From positions 970,331 through 1,034,330 of the forward strand of contig DASPLQ010000012.1 of NCBI GenBank assembly GCA_035627515.1: DNA of 64,000 nucleotides. Direction: 5' to 3'. Below the pieces are notes generated by a model. That model was not told the origin of the DNA, did not search any database, and worked only from the letters and a program-made list of their open reading frames with translations. Positions within the stretch are counted from its first letter, which is position 1; each line of letters begins with the position of its first letter. The translations under genes and the position numbers were made by a program. This document shows positions 19,234 to 27,746 of the stretch, piece by piece. This DNA is from Vitreimonas sp. Its GTDB lineage: Bacteria; Patescibacteriota; Microgenomatia; UBA1400; PJMF01.

Positions 19234-20109
19234 ATGAACTTCATGAGTCGCTATCACCTCTACTTTTTAGTGTCATTAGCTGTAATCATCTCAGGATTAG
19301 TGTCGATGCTGAGCTTTGGTTTTAAGCCAAGTATTGATTTCACTGGTGGGTCATTGCTAGAAGTTAAGACTACGGCCACTGAAATTACGCCTGAAAAAGT
19401 CACTGATCAAGCCAAGAACTTATATGAAGTTAGTTCAGTCCAGGCTTCTGGTCCACAACAATTTATGTTACGGGGCAAAACTATCACCAATGACAAAAAA
19501 AATGAAGTCATTGCAGCCTTGAATACAGCTTTTCCAACAGTAAGTGAGTTAAGATTTGAAACCGTTGGCCCTACCTTAGGACGAGAGTTATTGTTAAAAA
19601 CGTTAACTGCTGCAGCTGTTGTTGCCACCTTAATTACGATATATGTGGCTTATCAATTTAGTGATCTGAAATACGGTATCTGTGCGATTATAGCCATGAT
19701 TCACGACTCGCTCGTGCTTTTGGGTGTGTTTAGTTTATTGGGGCATTTTTATGGTGTGGAAGTGGATGTGTTATTTGTGACAGCTTTGATGACCACTCTC
19801 TCTTTTTCCATTCATGACACGATTGTGGTGTATGACCGGATTCGCGAAGTTCGTCGCTTGCAACCACGCCTTAGCTTCAAAGATATTGTAGATTTAGCCG
19901 TGTTGCAAACGCTTGGGCGGTCAATTAATAACTCGATGACAATTATTATTATGTTGCTGTCACTGGTGCTTTTGGGTGGCGAAAGTATTCGCTGGTTTGC
20001 GGTGGCCTTGTTGGTTGGCGCCGTGACCGGCACGTATTCTTCAACCTTTACTGCTGCACCCTTGTTGTTGCTGTGGGAAGATGTGAAGAAGCGGACTAAG
20101 ACAGCTTAA
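19234..20109 (+). CDS. secF: Protein translocase subunit SecF
   Basis: Periplasmic domain and six transmembrane helices (LGRSINNSMTIIIMLLSL...). Immediately downstream of secD. Confidence 0.85.
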   Translation: MNFMSRYHLYFLVSLAVIISGLVSMLSFGFKPSIDFTGGSLLEVKTTATEITPEKVTDQAKNLYEVSSVQASGPQQFMLRGKTITNDKKNEVIAALNTAFPTVSELRFETVGPTLGRELLLKTLTAAAVVATLITIYVAYQFSDLKYGICAIIAMIHDSLVLLGVFSLLGHFYGVEVDVLFVTALMTTLSFSIHDTIVVYDRIREVRRLQPRLSFKDIVDLAVLQTLGRSINNSMTIIIMLLSLVLLGGESIRWFAVALLVGAVTGTYSSTFTAAPLLLLWEDVKKRTKTA

Positions 20110-21755
20110 CTCTTTTTTTCTACTAACTCTTTTGCTCTCTTTAACAGTTCTTCTTTGCTATTGAGCTCGGGATTATCCAGCACCACTTCAAACAAAGCAT
20201 GCAAAATTTCACCCAAAATTGGTCCAGGTTTCAGATTAAACTCGGTCATTAGATCATGGCCATTAATGGCCAGGTCTTTGATTTCCATGGGTTGGTGAAG
20301 TTGCTCGATCATGCGCTGTTTCATTTCTTCTAATCGCCAACTGGTTTTGCGCGCCCCACTGCCAAGGCGGTCAGCTTCGCGTAGATCCAAAATATCATCA
20401 ATATTTTCTAAGCCCACTTTGCGCATAAAGCGACGAATAGCCGCATCAGTATTTTGTGGCTGATAATGGAACATGTGGTGGCGGACGAGGGTGGTAATGC
20501 GATTAACGTCACGCTTCGAAAGTTTGAGACGGTAGGCAATATGCCGAGCCATCTTGGCACCAACGTGTTCATGGTTATAAAAAGTAATAGTGTTGCCCAT
20601 GATATTTTGAGTTTGAGGTTTGCCGATATCGTGGAGCAAAGTGGCCAGGCGCACAATGGGGTCAGGTGAAGGGCAGGTGCGAAGTGCATCTAAACTGTGG
20701 GTCCAGACATCAGTAGTGTGGTGACCACCTTGTTTGACGCCTTTGCCCACCGTCAACTCTGGTAGGACATACGTTAACAAACCAGTTTGATCAAGCAACT
20801 CCACACCTTCTGCTGGAAACGGGCTTTTGAGAATTTTTAAAAACTCATCGCGGACGCGTTCACCACTGACGTATGTCATCAAATGAGCCGTATCTTCAAT
20901 AGCCGTAAAAGTCGCATCATCGATGCGCATATTCAGCTGCACTGATAAGCGAATAGCGCGTAACATCCGGAGCGCATCTTCTTGAAACCGTTGCGTGGGA
21001 GTTCCCACAGTTCGAATGAGGCCAGCCTTAAGGTCAATCAGGCCCTGATGTAAGTCAATCACTTCATATTCGCTAGGTTGTAAAGTAATGACAGGAGTGG
21101 TGAGGTGAGAAGGGTTGGACAAAGCAGTTTCTGATACTTGTTCTGAGACGCGTAAAGCTAAAGCGTTAATCGTAAAGTCTCGGCGATCAAGGTCTTCTTG
21201 AATCGTTTTACCCCAGGTGACGGAATCTGGGCGTCGGAAGTCAGTATACATACCATCAGAGCGAAAGGTGGTGATTTCATAATTGGGCAACTTGGACGCA
21301 GCTGGGGATAGCGTGTCGTTATCAGAATCTTCTGTTTGCAGCGAGACGTGGAGCTTGGTAGCTTGAGCTTGGTCGATGACACGGTTTTTGTTGAAGGGAG
21401 TTTCGCTACCAGTTAGTTGGCTGAGTTCTGCGGGTAGTTGCAGCTGTTCATTCACATGGTGATAGGTGATGCTGACCGTCCCAAAATTATTTTCATAGAA
21501 ACTATCAGGAAATAATTTCAAGATTTGTTCGGGTGTGGCATTAGTGGTAAAGTCATAGTCAGTAGTGGCAGGGAGTGTGGTAATTGGTTGATCGGTACCT
21601 TGGTTAATACCAATTAGTAAGAGATCGCGCACGGCTCCCCCTACGATATAACCTTGATAGCCAGCTTGGTGAAGGGTCCGTAAAATAAATAAGGCTTGAA
21701 CTGAGATTGGCAACGTCATACAGTGAATTCTCTCATTTATGATCACAAAGCGCAA
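20106..21755 (-). CDS. cca: CCA-adding tRNA nucleotidyltransferase with a C-terminal HD domain; long form
   Basis: N-terminal RTLHQAGYQGYIVGGAVRDLLL (Pol-beta NTase head). HD motif HDIGKP with downstream His residues. Confidence 0.75.
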   Translation of the reverse strand: MRFVIINERIHCMTLPISVQALFILRTLHQAGYQGYIVGGAVRDLLLIGINQGTDQPITTLPATTDYDFTTNATPEQILKLFPDSFYENNFGTVSITYHHVNEQLQLPAELSQLTGSETPFNKNRVIDQAQATKLHVSLQTEDSDNDTLSPAASKLPNYEITTFRSDGMYTDFRRPDSVTWGKTIQEDLDRRDFTINALALRVSEQVSETALSNPSHLTTPVITLQPSEYEVIDLHQGLIDLKAGLIRTVGTPTQRFQEDALRMLRAIRLSVQLNMRIDDATFTAIEDTAHLMTYVSGERVRDEFLKILKSPFPAEGVELLDQTGLLTYVLPELTVGKGVKQGGHHTTDVWTHSLDALRTCPSPDPIVRLATLLHDIGKPQTQNIMGNTITFYNHEHVGAKMARHIAYRLKLSKRDVNRITTLVRHHMFHYQPQNTDAAIRRFMRKVGLENIDDILDLREADRLGSGARKTSWRLEEMKQRMIEQLHQPMEIKDLAINGHDLMTEFNLKPGPILGEILHALFEVVLDNPELNSKEELLKRAKELVEKKS

Positions 21756-21775
21756 AACAATTCTAAAACTAATGT

Positions 21776-23476
21776 ATGCAGTGGAAACTTAAACACACTT
21801 TATTGCCAGAAAACGTGGATGATGTGCAAGCAATTTTGCTGAGTAATCGCAGCATTGAAGATGAGCATAGTTTTTTTCAGCCGCCTGCGCCATGGGATTT
21901 AACTCTCGAAAAAGTGGGTATTAACTCTGACCAAGTGACGCAGGCGTTACAGCGCTTGGAAATTGCCCGTCAGGAACAGCAAGACATTGTCATTTTTGGT
22001 GATTATGATGCCGATGGGGTCTCCAGCACGGCCATTATGTGGGAAACCATGTCTGCGCTTGGTTTTAATGTTCGGCCCTTTATTCCCCACCGTGAAAAAC
22101 ATGGCTATGGCATGTCAGATCGATCGTTAGGTGATTTATTGGCGGGTGCCAAACCTGCCATGATTATTACTGTTGATAACGGGATTGTGGCTCATGTGCC
22201 TATTCAGCAGCTCCAAGCTCAAGGTATTGACGTCATCCTCACCGATCATCACCAACCGGAAGCTGAGCTTCCAGGGGCACACGCTATTGTCCATACTACT
22301 CAGTTATGCGGCGCTACTGTGTCATGGATTTTTAGCCGCGAGATAGCGAAACATTTTGCGCCTGCTTTGCACTTAGATCCACGCGAACTCATGACCAAAC
22401 AACTAGATTTGACGGCCATCGCTACCATTGCTGACCAGGTCCCGCTGGTAAATGCGAATCGTTCGTTCGCATTTCATGGGTTGAAGGCTTTAAAGAAAAC
22501 CAAACGGCTAGGATTGTTGGCGCTGATGGAGAAAGCCGGTATCGCCCTCGATAGTATTACGACTTCAACGGTTAATTTTGCGATTGCGCCGCGGATTAAT
22601 GCCATGGGGCGATTAGCTCACAGTTTGGAGGCGTTGCGGTTAGTGTGTACCAAAAATCATGACCGGGCACAGCAACTAGTGGAGTTACTTAATGATACTA
22701 ATACCCGGCGCCAAGATTTGACACAAGGTATGATCGAACATGCTAAAAACCAAGCGCATGTTTGGGAAGGTGAGCATTTAATTATTGTTGCTAGTGAGGA
22801 GTATCATGAAGGTGTGATTGGTTTAATTGCCGGTAAGTTGATGGAAGAGTTTTATAAACCAGCCATTGCGATTTCAATAGGACAGAAAAGTGCCAAAGCC
22901 TCCGCTCGTTCTATTCCGGGTGTTAATATCGTTGATCTTATCCGCCAAGTCAAAGATGAGCTCTTAGAGGTTGGGGGGCATCCCATGGCAGCTGGTTTCA
23001 GTGTAGAAGTAGATAAAATTGCCAATGTTTCTCGCCGTTTGTACGCTTTAGCCAAAGATCAGATTACAGCTGGTCAACTTCAACCTAGCCTGGATGTGGA
23101 GTGTTTAGTGCCGTTTGAGTTAATTTCTAAACAGTTGATAGAAGTTACGAAACGCTTAGATCCTTGTGGCCAGGGTAATCCCGAACCGGTATTTGGTTTA
23201 CAGAATGTGTGTGTCATGGACGCTTTTACCATGGGTAATAATGGTCAACACCTCAAAGTCGTGATTCAGTGTGAACAGATTCCGTTGCGAAAGCCCACCA
23301 AGGGTGGTCAGAGTAGTTCTTCCCAGACCCTCAATTGTTTGGCTTGGAATCTCGGTCACCTGGCTCAGCAACTTCTGCCAGGGACCGTCGTTGACATTGC
23401 CGGGGTAGTCGAGCTCAACGAATGGAAGGGCCGTACCTCAGTCCAGATGAAGATCAAGGATTTGGTGATAAGATGA
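21776..23476 (+). CDS. recJ: Single-stranded-DNA-specific exonuclease RecJ
   Basis: DHH family motifs VIFGDYDADGVSS and ILTDHHQP. DHHA1 region GGHPMAAG. Confidence 0.8.
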   Translation: MQWKLKHTLLPENVDDVQAILLSNRSIEDEHSFFQPPAPWDLTLEKVGINSDQVTQALQRLEIARQEQQDIVIFGDYDADGVSSTAIMWETMSALGFNVRPFIPHREKHGYGMSDRSLGDLLAGAKPAMIITVDNGIVAHVPIQQLQAQGIDVILTDHHQPEAELPGAHAIVHTTQLCGATVSWIFSREIAKHFAPALHLDPRELMTKQLDLTAIATIADQVPLVNANRSFAFHGLKALKKTKRLGLLALMEKAGIALDSITTSTVNFAIAPRINAMGRLAHSLEALRLVCTKNHDRAQQLVELLNDTNTRRQDLTQGMIEHAKNQAHVWEGEHLIIVASEEYHEGVIGLIAGKLMEEFYKPAIAISIGQKSAKASARSIPGVNIVDLIRQVKDELLEVGGHPMAAGFSVEVDKIANVSRRLYALAKDQITAGQLQPSLDVECLVPFELISKQLIEVTKRLDPCGQGNPEPVFGLQNVCVMDAFTMGNNGQHLKVVIQCEQIPLRKPTKGGQSSSSQTLNCLAWNLGHLAQQLLPGTVVDIAGVVELNEWKGRTSVQMKIKDLVIR

Positions 23477-23477
23477 G

Positions 23478-23795
23478 CTAACTAAGTCTTCCAACTGGTT
23501 CTACCGTGAGATCTTCACTAGTATCCCATGAAGATTGAGCCAGTAGTTCGTAAATGTCTTCTACACTCATTTCCACAGTATCTGCGTCAATGATGGATTT
23601 ATAAACCATGGCAGCGAGTTCTTTATCTGTCAAAATCCTTACTAACTCCATAAACTCAGAATAAACTGAATGAGAGATAGCATCAATGTTAACTTCTAAT
23701 AGATATGCCGCCAGGCTAGCAGGGTTGATTTTTTCCTTGCGATATTTTTCTTCCACCTGTCTAGCAGAAATAGTGGTTTGTCTAATATTTTCCAT
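23478..23795 (-). CDS. Small acidic hypothetical protein (105 aa); third gene of the islet operon
   Basis: RBS AAAGGA upstream. AT-rich. Confidence 0.4.
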   Translation of the reverse strand: MENIRQTTISARQVEEKYRKEKINPASLAAYLLEVNIDAISHSVYSEFMELVRILTDKELAAMVYKSIIDADTVEMSVEDIYELLAQSSWDTSEDLTVEPVGRLS

Positions 23796-23866
23796 AAAAT
23801 CCTTTTTTTTGCCCTCAAGAATTGTACAGGTTCTGTATATCTTGTGCTGACAATTACCTGACAGAA

Positions 23867-24085
23867 TTACTGGACCATCAGTGGTGCAGCGTAAGCCATT
23901 AAAGTACTAAATTCTTCAGCGGCGTCATCATATCCTTTAGTTAATAAATCGATAGTGACAGCATGATAGTCACCACCGTTAGCTTGAGTTTTGGTTAGCT
24001 CTTTTTTGTATGATTTTTCTAACAATGCTAATGCTTCTGCGGCTCCATATTGAGCAGTGGTTTGGGTTTTTACAACTTCGTACAT
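23867..24085 (-). CDS. Small hypothetical protein (72 aa), paralog of the 82-aa protein upstream
   Basis: RBS AAAGGA. Shares K..T..GGDYHAVTIDL with KKVTETGDFYAVIHEV in the neighbour. Confidence 0.4.
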   Translation of the reverse strand: MYEVVKTQTTAQYGAAEALALLEKSYKKELTKTQANGGDYHAVTIDLLTKGYDDAAEEFSTLMAYAAPLMVQ

Positions 24086-24130
24086 AGTGTCCTTTCAGGA
24101 TAATTAATTAATATTTCGACTACTTATAAA

Positions 24131-24376
24131 CTACTCCCACATAAAGGAGGGAACAGGAATTCCTACCTCAGACAACAGTTCACCAAAGATCTCCGCTTTT
24201 AGATGACTTTGATTCTTAGCAACCTCATGAATAACTGCATAAAAATCACCAGTTTCAGTAACTTTTTTATATTCTGGTGCAAACGCATTTTTTAAAGTTT
24301 GCATTGCCAAGGTATATGCCACTACATCTTTTACAAAGAATGAGGTTTCATAAGGTCTGTAGTCCTGATCTTTCAT
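24131..24376 (-). CDS. Small hypothetical protein (82 aa); first gene of the islet operon
   Basis: True start is MKDQDYRP with RBS GGAGAAAGG 6 nt upstream. The longer ORF-track call to 24481 reads through the leader and its terminator. Confidence 0.45.
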   Translation of the reverse strand: MKDQDYRPYETSFFVKDVVAYTLAMQTLKNAFAPEYKKVTETGDFYAVIHEVAKNQSHLKAEIFGELLSEVGIPVPSFMWE

Positions 24377-24532
24377 AATGTTCCTTTCTCCAACAAAAAA
24401 CCCCCCGTTTAGAGCGGGGGGTTGTGGTGTTAAATAAATGTTTACTGTTACGCTGCCACGTTTACCCCGCTCTTGGTCCAAAGGACGAAGAGTTGAATGA
24501 GGGTAATAATGCGGCCAAAGTGTGCCATAACA
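24377..24532 (-). promoter_or_regulatory. 5' leader with an intrinsic terminator and an alternative antiterminator; candidate riboswitch or attenuator
   Basis: On the minus-strand RNA the terminator is CCCCCCG-CUCUAAA-CGGGGGG followed by UUUUUUGUU, just upstream of the RBS. Upstream AGAGCGGGG (+24465..24473) is perfectly complementary over 9 nt to CCCCGCUCU in the terminator 5' strand and loop. Confidence 0.45.
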
Positions 24533-24538
24533 AAATAT

Positions 24539-24566
24539 ATTGTATGCCGTGACGCGGCGATGTCAA
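24539..24566 (-). promoter_or_regulatory. Sigma70-like promoter: TTGACA, 16-nt spacer, TACAAT
   Basis: Reverse complement of +24561..24566 is TTGACA and of +24539..24544 is TACAAT. Drives the leader and small-gene operon. Confidence 0.5.
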
Positions 24567-24629
24567 CAGGTAAGTACTAAATGTGTATGAATTGACAGAT
24601 ATATCTTTAGAAAGTGAGGTGTATAATAG

Positions 24630-24822
24630 CTTTAGTTAATACAAGCGCATGAGCCTACTGACACTAGGCAATTTCCTAAGAGGAAGCGCTGCCAGGGGTA
24701 GCAACCTGGCCGGGTAAGCCCGTGACAGCAGGAAGTAAGTATAAAGAGGTTGGCACCTTTCTGAGCTCCAGAAGCCTTTTCTTAATTCAAGTACAGTCTT
24801 GGGTTGGGAAAAGGCTTTTTTA
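24630..24822 (+). ncRNA. Candidate structured RNA of about 190 nt, possibly SRP RNA (ffs)-like; alternatively a cis-acting aspS leader
   Basis: TATAAT at 24622..24627. Hairpin UUCC-UAAGA-GGAA followed by GCGCUGCCAGG resembles SRP domain IV UCC-GGAA-GGAAGCAGCCAAGG. Ends in an intrinsic terminator (stem AGCCUUUUC/GAAAAGGCU at 24773..24816, then UUUUU). Not verifiable without a covariance model. Confidence 0.35.
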
Positions 24823-24850
24823 GTATTTTAATCAATTACCAGGAGACGCC

Positions 24851-26725
24851 ATGTCTGATCAGACACGAACCTTTATAAGCGCTAGTCCCTCTAGTGTGGG
24901 CCAGGAAATTTTGCTTCAAGGCTGGGTAGATACCAAACGCGATCACGGTAAAGTCACGTTTATAGATTTGCGTGATCACACCGGGGTGGTCCAGTGTGTG
25001 GGTTACAAGATGATGGGTGAAGTCACCACCGAGTCAGTGGTGGAGCTGGTGGGTTTAGTCAAAGAACGCCCTGCCAACATGGTCAATGACAAAATTGTCA
25101 CCGGAGGAATCGAGATAGAGGTTAAATCTTATACCGTGCTCAACAAAGCTAAAGAACTGCCAATTACTCTTGATAGTGATGGCAAAGATATTGGTGAAGA
25201 AGCGCGTTTAAAGTATCGTTACCTTGACTTACGACGGCCTCGAATGCAACAGATTGTAAAATTGCGGTCGGATTACTTCCGAGCCTTGCGTACTGCTCTC
25301 TATGAACGAGAGTTCACTGAAGTCGAAACGCCGATGCTGACCAAATCTACCAAAGAGGGTGCCCGAGACTTCATCGTACCATCACGGTTTCAACCTGGTA
25401 AATTTTATGCGCTACCACAAAGTCCGCAGCAATATAAACAGTTGTTAATGACTGCTGGCGTATATCGCTACTTTCAGTTTGCACGCTGCATCCGCGACGA
25501 GGACTTGCGCGCTGATCGCGGGTTTGAGTTCACGCAACTGGATGTAGAGCTGAGTTTTGCTAAACAAGATGAGGTGATGCAGACAATTGAGGATGTAGTC
25601 AAGCAAGCTGTTAAAACGGTAGGTGGGAAATTGAAAGATGAAACCTTCCCGGTGGTGGATTATGCAGATGCTATCAAAAAATATGGAGCTGATCGTTTCG
25701 ATTTGCGGACCGAAGCTGAGAAACAAGATGGGACCTTAGCTTTTGCATGGGTAGTGAACTTTCCGTTCTTCAAAAAAGTCGATAAAGGTGACATTGCTGA
25801 AGTGCGTGATGGCAAGAGTGGCTGGACTTTCACCCATAATCCTTTCAGTGCGCCGTTACCGGAGCACGAGGAGTGGTTATTAAAGGGCGAAAACGTGGGC
25901 GAGATCTTAACTACGCAGTACGACTTGGTTTGTAATGGGTATGAAGTAGGTGGCGGCAGTATCAGAGCTCACAAGCCAGAGTTATTAAAAGCCACGTTTA
26001 AAGTCATGGGATATGGTGATCAGGAAATTGAGGACAGCGTGGGACACATGTTAGAAGCGTTTAGTGTGGGTACACCACCTCATGGTGGGTTGGCACTAGG
26101 CTTAGATCGCTTAATCATGTTGTTAGCGGGGGAAACCTCACTCAAAGAAACGATTGCTTTTCCAATGAGCTCTACTGGTCGCACCGCGGTCATGGACGCC
26201 CCCAGCCCTGTCGCCGAAGAACAACTTCAGGAGTTAGGTTTGAGCATTCGAGCTCCTCAGGGTCAACAGACGCCCCACGACTTTATTTTAGATCTCCTCA
26301 AGAAACACCACGTGGAGTATCAGTATCTAGAACATGAACCAGTCACTACTAGCCAAGAGGCTGCTCGGGTTCGAGGTGGTAAGGAACAAGAAGGTGCCAA
26401 GGCATTGGTGATGCAAGCTGATAAAGAGTTTGTGCTGTATGTCCTGCCTGGTGATCAGCGCGCCGATTTAGCTGCCTTCCAAAAGCACCTGGGTGTGAAG
26501 AAGTTAGCGATGGCGTCTACTGATTCTGTCTATCAACGCACCGGTTTGAAAGTAGGCTCCATTCCGCCCTTTGGGTCTTCGATCAAAATGAAAACCTATG
26601 TCGATAGCCGACTGGCTGCCAACGAACAGATTGCCTTCAACGTTGGCCGGCATGATCGATCGGTGATCATGAAGTATGCCGACTATGTAGCGGTGGAAAA
26701 ACCAGAAGTAGTGAATATTGGCTAA
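24851..26725 (+). CDS. aspS: Aspartyl-tRNA synthetase, bacterial type but lacking the GAD insertion, fused to a C-terminal YbaK/ProX-like aminoacyl-tRNA deacylase domain
   Basis: RBS AGGAG. N-terminal OB domain. Motif 2 FYALPQSPQQYKQLLM...FARCIRDEDLRADR. Motif 3 GGGSIRAHK...GLALGLDRLIMLL. Bacterial C-terminus ETIAFPMSSTGRTAVMDAPSPV. An extra ~155 aa: EHEPVTTSQEAARVRG...ALVMQADKEFVLYVLPGDQRADL...GLKVGSIPPFG. Confidence 0.85.
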   Translation: MSDQTRTFISASPSSVGQEILLQGWVDTKRDHGKVTFIDLRDHTGVVQCVGYKMMGEVTTESVVELVGLVKERPANMVNDKIVTGGIEIEVKSYTVLNKAKELPITLDSDGKDIGEEARLKYRYLDLRRPRMQQIVKLRSDYFRALRTALYEREFTEVETPMLTKSTKEGARDFIVPSRFQPGKFYALPQSPQQYKQLLMTAGVYRYFQFARCIRDEDLRADRGFEFTQLDVELSFAKQDEVMQTIEDVVKQAVKTVGGKLKDETFPVVDYADAIKKYGADRFDLRTEAEKQDGTLAFAWVVNFPFFKKVDKGDIAEVRDGKSGWTFTHNPFSAPLPEHEEWLLKGENVGEILTTQYDLVCNGYEVGGGSIRAHKPELLKATFKVMGYGDQEIEDSVGHMLEAFSVGTPPHGGLALGLDRLIMLLAGETSLKETIAFPMSSTGRTAVMDAPSPVAEEQLQELGLSIRAPQGQQTPHDFILDLLKKHHVEYQYLEHEPVTTSQEAARVRGGKEQEGAKALVMQADKEFVLYVLPGDQRADLAAFQKHLGVKKLAMASTDSVYQRTGLKVGSIPPFGSSIKMKTYVDSRLAANEQIAFNVGRHDRSVIMKYADYVAVEKPEVVNIG

Positions 26726-26777
26726 AAGTGGTTAGGGGGCTGTATAGTCGCAGCATTTTAACTACAATAATAAAGCT

Positions 26778-27734
26778 GTGAAAAAGATTCGCCTTGATCA
26801 ATGGCTAGCGATCGGTTTAATTTGTGTGGGGTTACTGACCTCACAACTAACTCCACTGACGGCTGCGCCTGGCACCACCTTTCAACCCCTGACTTTAGTC
26901 GCTCCGGCGCCGTTGCCAGTACTACGGTCAGATGCTCCAGAGTTGGCTTCACTCCTAACAGCCGAAAGTGTGATGGTGATTGATGTGCCATCGGGTTCAG
27001 TATTGTTTGAAAAAAATGCTGAGCAACTTCGTTATCCTGCTTCAACTACCAAAATGATGACAGCACTGATCGCAAGTGAGTCATATCAGATGGATCATAT
27101 TTTGACCGTAGGTGAAGAGGCGTTGATCGAAGGGACTGTCATGGGTCTGCAACTCAATGAACAAATTCCGGTGCGTGATGTGTTACATGGATTGCTGTTG
27201 ACCTCTGGTAATGATGCAGCTTTTTTGTTGGCTAATCATTACCCTCAAGGTGGTTACCAAGGGTTTATGTATCGCATGAACCAGAGAGCACAGCAGCTGC
27301 ATTTAGATAATACTCACTTTATCAATCCCTCAGGTTTAGACGCCGAGGGCCAAACGTCATCAGCGCGAGATTTACTACTGTTGGCCAAAGAGCTAATGAA
27401 AAATCCACTTTTGCGTGAGATCGTCGGCACACGCCAATATACGGCCAGTGACCTGAGTGGTGAGATCCAGCACCAGCTTGTTTCAAGCAATCATTTTTTA
27501 GGGATTGAGCCCGGTGTGATTGGCGTAAAAACTGGCACTACCCCATTGGCAGGCGAAATCTTAATTTCCGAGGTGCAGCAACAGCAGCGGGATGTGCTAA
27601 TTGCGGTATTAGGCAGTAGTGATCGTTATGGTGATACGCAGCAGATCTTACGCTGGCTTTGGCAATCATACGAGTGGCAAGAACTTACCCATCCCACCCA
27701 AAGTTCCCAGTTGCCAGATAGTACTCATCAATAA
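26778..27734 (+). CDS. Serine-type D-Ala-D-Ala carboxypeptidase (S11, PBP5/DacA family); GTG start
   Basis: SXXK motif RYPASTTKMMTA, SGN motif LLTSGNDAA, KTG motif GVKTGTT. Signal peptide. Confidence 0.75.
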   Translation: MKKIRLDQWLAIGLICVGLLTSQLTPLTAAPGTTFQPLTLVAPAPLPVLRSDAPELASLLTAESVMVIDVPSGSVLFEKNAEQLRYPASTTKMMTALIASESYQMDHILTVGEEALIEGTVMGLQLNEQIPVRDVLHGLLLTSGNDAAFLLANHYPQGGYQGFMYRMNQRAQQLHLDNTHFINPSGLDAEGQTSSARDLLLLAKELMKNPLLREIVGTRQYTASDLSGEIQHQLVSSNHFLGIEPGVIGVKTGTTPLAGEILISEVQQQQRDVLIAVLGSSDRYGDTQQILRWLWQSYEWQELTHPTQSSQLPDSTHQ

Positions 27735-27746
27735 GACAATACACCT

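Noticed and set aside
24131-24481. ORF-track 116-aa ORF on the minus strand beginning MDQERGKRG
   Set aside because: The first 35 codons run through an intrinsic terminator hairpin and carry no RBS. An internal ATG at 24376 has a perfect GGAGAAAGG RBS. The upstream part is better explained as an RNA leader.
24600-24850. T-box riboswitch upstream of aspS
   Set aside because: There is no AGGGUGGNACCGCG T-box sequence. A GAC triplet and GGUUGGCACC lie only ~25 nt apart, too close for Stem I and antiterminator geometry.
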